From positions 2,592,001-2,656,000 of the forward strand of contig OY759353.1 of NCBI GenBank assembly GCA_963662315.1: a stretch of DNA of 64,000 bases, written 5' to 3'. This document shows, piece by piece, positions 62,467 to 64,000 of the stretch (position 1 is the first letter of the stretch; each line of letters begins with the position of its first letter). The notes below the pieces were generated by a model. It made no database searches. It worked only from the letters and a program-made list of their open reading frames with translations, and was not told the origin of the DNA. The DNA is from Geopsychrobacteraceae bacterium. GTDB lineage: Bacteria; Desulfobacterota; Desulfuromonadia; Desulfuromonadales; Geopsychrobacteraceae. The position numbers and the translations under genes were made by a program.

Positions 62467-63615
62467 ATGCCCGTTTTCATAACCGATCTAGCCACCTTTC
62501 TCCCCAACAAACCGATCTCCAACCAACAGATGGAAGAGATCCTCGGCATGGTGAACCAGGTTCCGTCACGCACTCGCAAGATCATTCTGCGCAACAACAA
62601 GATTACCACGCGCTATTATGCTATCGATCCAGAGACCGGAGCGATTACTCACACCAATGCTCAATTAACCGCAGAAGCCATTCGCAAACTGCGTCCCTAT
62701 CCTGATTTTTCCGTTGCGGATATCGAGTGTTTAAGTTGTGGTACCTCATCACCGGACCAATTACTTCCCGGACACGCCCCCATGGTTCACGGTGAACTTG
62801 GCGGCAGCCCCTGTGAAGTCCTCAGCGCTTCCGGAATCTGCACCTCAGGGATGAGTGCCTTCAAATATGCCTGGATGAGCGTCGCCCTCGGGCTGACCCA
62901 AAATGCCGTCGCCACCGGATCAGAAACCTCATCAACCTTCATGCGGGCAGGCTTGGCCGGAGGGGTCGATGCGGAAAAAGCTGCCGCGTTGGAGCATCAG
63001 CCGACCCTTTCTTTTGAAGCTGATTTCTTACGTTGGATGCTTTCGGATGGAGCCGGGGCGGCGTTTTTGAGTAACGCTCCTGCCCGCGACGGAATTTCCC
63101 TTAAAGTCGAATGGGTCGAATTACTCTCATTTGCCCACGAATTTGAACCGTGCATGTATGCTGGCGCTGACAAGCTCAGCGACGGAACATTACGTGGTTG
63201 GCGGGAATATGACAACCTTGAAACGGTCGTGCAGAAGCGCAGCTTTCTGGTCAAGCAGGATGTCAAACTGCTCAATGAAAACATCGTTGATGTCGCGGTC
63301 AAAAAGATGCTGGCCCGTCTGGTTGCCAAACATCAGTTAACTCCGGAGCAAATTGACTGGTTTCTCCCCCATTACTCGTCCGACTACTTCCGGCCGGAAC
63401 TGGCTGCTAAGATGGCAGCGATTAATTTCGCCATCCCTGAAGAGCGCTGGTTCACCAACCTGAAGGAAAAAGGCAATACCGGATCAGCATCGATCTACGT
63501 GATTCTGGATGAACTGTTCCACTCGGGCCGCCTTAGAAAAGGTGAAAAAATTCTCTGCTTTATCCCGGAAAGCGGCCGCTTCTCCATGTGCTATGCTCTT
63601 TTCACCGTTGTTTAG
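62467..63615 (+). CDS. DarB/StlD-like beta-ketoacyl-ACP synthase III
   Basis: FLPN.P..N..ME..LG, RYYAID, GICTSG (Cys), FLRWMLSDGAGA, LPHYSS, GNTGS, CFIPESGRFS. Confidence 0.85.
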   Translation: MPVFITDLATFLPNKPISNQQMEEILGMVNQVPSRTRKIILRNNKITTRYYAIDPETGAITHTNAQLTAEAIRKLRPYPDFSVADIECLSCGTSSPDQLLPGHAPMVHGELGGSPCEVLSASGICTSGMSAFKYAWMSVALGLTQNAVATGSETSSTFMRAGLAGGVDAEKAAALEHQPTLSFEADFLRWMLSDGAGAAFLSNAPARDGISLKVEWVELLSFAHEFEPCMYAGADKLSDGTLRGWREYDNLETVVQKRSFLVKQDVKLLNENIVDVAVKKMLARLVAKHQLTPEQIDWFLPHYSSDYFRPELAAKMAAINFAIPEERWFTNLKEKGNTGSASIYVILDELFHSGRLRKGEKILCFIPESGRFSMCYALFTVV

Positions 63616-63755
63616 GTGACAAGCGCAGTAGAGGCTGTTGGTTCCAAAACCCCGTCAAGCAGAACGGCATCATGCATTGCAACAAAAAACTGGCGCAATG
63701 CTATAATGTGTTCCAGACATTGCAAACATAACCGAGCCTTTATATTCAATCAGAT

Positions 63756-64000
63756 TCAGCTTTTGGGGTAACCGATCAGGTAGGTATTTTTCAGTGGGGT
63801 CAATGGTGACGCGCTCTCGCCAATTTCCCAGCGGTAGTCATCTTTGTTGTCGACCATATCGACAATGGTTTGCAGCTCAGCGTGGGAATAAGTGCGCAGC
63901 ATCGACACGAAACTGTCCCACATAAAGATCAATGGCACCACAGGTATCAAATAGGACCACAATAACCGCCCCCAGCGGAACGGCCTTTTTCTCAATTGCT
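63756..64000 (-). CDS. C-terminal part of a probable class I SAM methyltransferase-like protein (runs off right edge)
   Basis: RPFRWGRLLWSYLIPVVP...WD..VS.LRTYS..EL pattern recalled from that family. Confidence 0.5.
   Translation of the reverse strand, partial: QLRKRPFRWGRLLWSYLIPVVPLIFMWDSFVSMLRTYSHAELQTIVDMVDNKDDYRWEIGESASPLTPLKNTYLIGYPKS

Overview
Bacterial chromosome segment whose gene content (futalosine menaquinone genes, Hyb-type hydrogenase modules, serS-tRNA cluster, xFGKY-tailed chemoreceptors) resembles an anaerobic Desulfuromonadales-type deltaproteobacterium; this taxonomy is inferred. The left end (1-10.5 kb) is accessory. It holds a TetR / FNR-like reductase / radical SAM operon, an IS4 element (17-bp TIRs, 9-bp target duplication, transposase broken by an in-frame TAG) and a 6.9-kb satellite-like element integrated in tRNA-Arg(ACG). 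That element has 53-bp att repeats, a tyrosine integrase, Xis-like, SSB-like, wHTH and DUF3631-like genes, iteron-like palindromes, an HNH-containing cargo trio and a Rha remnant. The middle is mostly housekeeping: tRNAs, serS, fumC, rnd, mutY, hisC, mqnC/mqnE/ubiX/ubiA-like, MFS, three tandem chemoreceptors, an RND pump and a hybrid PAS kinase. It also has two diverged copies of a covarying multi-hairpin intergenic element. The right part is an ~18-kb hydrogenase locus. One apparent sigma54 operon encodes both a Tat-exported, NiFeSe-like but Cys-containing hydrogenase with HybA/HybB and a cytoplasmic group-3b-type hydrogenase with a fused beta-gamma subunit. An NtrC-type activator with four candidate binding sites and hypABCDEF follow. 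The window ends with GntR, an alpha/beta hydrolase, a cobalamin radical SAM + DarB-like KAS III pair and a partial methyltransferase-like gene. All calls come from motif recognition by eye; no searches were run.
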